Source of the DNA: an uncultured Bacteriovoracaceae bacterium
GTDB taxonomy: Bacteria > Bdellovibrionota > Bacteriovoracia > Bacteriovoracales > Bacteriovoracaceae
Assembly: GCA_964012805.1 (NCBI GenBank)
Contig: CAXGUD010000025.1
Location: forward strand, 1-48,346
DNA length: 48,346 bases
Direction: 5' to 3'
The position numbers and the translations under genes were made by a program. Below the pieces are notes generated by a model. The model searched no databases and had not been told where the DNA came from. It saw nothing but the letters and a program-made list of their open reading frames with translations. Of the stretch, positions 47,020 to 48,346 are shown piece after piece; within the stretch, counting starts at the first letter, position 1; every line of letters begins with the position of its first letter.

Positions 47020-48346
47020 ATGAAAAGGGTCAGATTGGTTTTGGGAATTACAACCTTATTAACAGGTGCACAGGCATTTGGGTTTCAGGCTTGGGATGAT
47101 AAAAATAAGCCTGAGCTTTTTGAGTTTGATTACGATAGAAGTTTTGAAAGTCTACCTCTAAATGGTCAATTAAAAAAGGTTCCGTGGAGTGGCTATTATT
47201 GGCCAACCTATGAAGGTGGAATTACATATAGATGGAATAAAGAAACTGAACATAAGCATGAAAAATATGGATATTCAATCCTAACGGAAGACACTATTAA
47301 AAGTGTAAAGATAGCTGATTTGTCTCCTGCTGAAAAATATGACCTCTATCTAGGTCAATTTACCTTTCCTCTTACCAATTATGAAAGGGATAGAACAAAA
47401 ATTATGAAAACTGTTCCAGGCTCTTCAGACTACGAAGAAGGCTTTAAAATTCCTACTTGGGAAGGTTTATGCCATGCCTGGGCCCCCGTAACCTTGGATT
47501 ATGACAATCCAGCACCTGTTGTTATTGAAGGTAAAAAGGGTCATGAAATAGCTTTTGGTTCTTCTGATATCAAGGCCCTGTTAATTTATCATCTTCATAT
47601 AAACCGCTCTCCTAAGACAAAATTTTTAGGTAGCCGGTGCAACCTAGACTTTAAAAAATTAAAAGAAAAGCTAGATAATAATGAAATAACAAAGGAAGAA
47701 TATGAAAAGTCTGTGAACTCTTCCGATTGTTCAGATACAAATGCCGGAGCATTTCATATTGTGTTAGCTAACCAAATGAAAAGAAATGAAGGGTTCATCG
47801 TAGATGTTACAAGAGATTTTGAGGTTTGGAACCAACCTGTTATAGGTTATTCCTCTCAAGTTTTAAGTGAGAAGCAAGGAGCTTCTGAAGGAGCTGCTCC
47901 AGGAACTGTAAAAGAAGTCACAGTTAGAACTTGGATGCAATACGTAGTTGAGGTTAGGCAGAGTTGGGAAAAGGAAATGAGGAGAGAGGCCTACAGATTT
48001 ATAACTTACGACTACCGACTCGAACTAAATAATGAGGGAAAAATAATTGGTGGAGAATGGTTGACTGAAGAGCGCCCAGATTTTATTTGGAAACAGCACA
48101 AAACTGAATTTAAAGGATTTTTTAAAGACCTGGAAACAATTTACAAAAAGTCAGTTTCTTATTTGGATGAGAACTCAGCTTCAACAAATACTAACGATGA
48201 AGATGAATCAGAAGAAGAAAGGCTAGAAAGAGAAAGAAGAGAGCGTGAAGAAGCTGAAAGGCTTGAAAGAGAAAGAAGAGAGCGTGAAGAGGCTGAAAGG
48301 CTTGAAAGAGAAAGAAGAGAGCGTGAAGAGGCTGAAAGGCTTGAAA
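47020..48346 (+). CDS. Transglutaminase-elicitor (GP42-like) family secreted protein, 3' end outside window
   Basis: Absent from the ORF track because no stop is reached. RBS GAGGA; signal peptide; PWSGYYWPTYEGGI.YRW, SPAEKYD, WEGLCHAWAP, DIKAL, GSRC, DTNAGAFHIVLAN, EVWNQPV, Y.LELN..G.IIGGEW, PDFIW. Confidence 0.88.
   Translation, partial: MKRVRLVLGITTLLTGAQAFGFQAWDDKNKPELFEFDYDRSFESLPLNGQLKKVPWSGYYWPTYEGGITYRWNKETEHKHEKYGYSILTEDTIKSVKIADLSPAEKYDLYLGQFTFPLTNYERDRTKIMKTVPGSSDYEEGFKIPTWEGLCHAWAPVTLDYDNPAPVVIEGKKGHEIAFGSSDIKALLIYHLHINRSPKTKFLGSRCNLDFKKLKEKLDNNEITKEEYEKSVNSSDCSDTNAGAFHIVLANQMKRNEGFIVDVTRDFEVWNQPVIGYSSQVLSEKQGASEGAAPGTVKEVTVRTWMQYVVEVRQSWEKEMRREAYRFITYDYRLELNNEGKIIGGEWLTEERPDFIWKQHKTEFKGFFKDLETIYKKSVSYLDENSASTNTNDEDESEEERLERERREREEAERLERERREREEAERLERERREREEAERLE
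48217..48346 (+). repeat. 39-bp coding tandem repeat (ERLERERREREEA)n
   Basis: Three full units and a partial fourth of gaaaggctNgaaagagaaagaagagagcgtgaagaRgct, running off the window end. Confidence 0.92.

Noticed and set aside
48217..48346. Direct repeats as a CRISPR array
   Set aside because: The units are contiguous with no spacers, in frame and coding; no cas genes are present

Overview
AT-rich bacterial window, densely coding, with about 39 genes. I found no rRNA, tRNA, CRISPR array or mobile element. The gene set (DUF4360, small OM beta-barrels, a FecR-domain protein, several CheA-like kinases, many secreted hypotheticals) suggests a Bdellovibrionota/Bacteriovoracia-type predator, which is inference only. 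Housekeeping-type genes are trpS, an lptF/G permease, cinA, hydA, an LTA-synthase-family sulfatase, YbaK, HIT and a LysC-LysA fusion. The most notable items are: (1) three dispersed CheA-type kinases (sensor-PAS-Hpt-HATPase) that all lack a CheW domain and have no MCP/CheW nearby; two sit behind sigma28-like promoters and one is paired with a stand-alone Aer-like PAS protein; (2) a bacterial homolog of the eukaryotic very-long-chain 3-hydroxyacyl-CoA dehydratase (HACD/PTPLA/Phs1) near an alkylglycerol-monooxygenase-like gene; (3) a surface operon of beta-barrel, duplicated propeller lipoproteins and a FecR-barrel fusion, facing a barrel gene with two in-frame stops; (4) a LysC-LysA fusion whose kinase half is degenerate; (5) a GP42-like transglutaminase with a sigma54-type promoter, a Pep-13-like motif and an E/R repeat tail; (6) a dihydropyrimidinase with His59 replaced by Gln. 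All family calls come from motif recognition by eye; no database searches were run.
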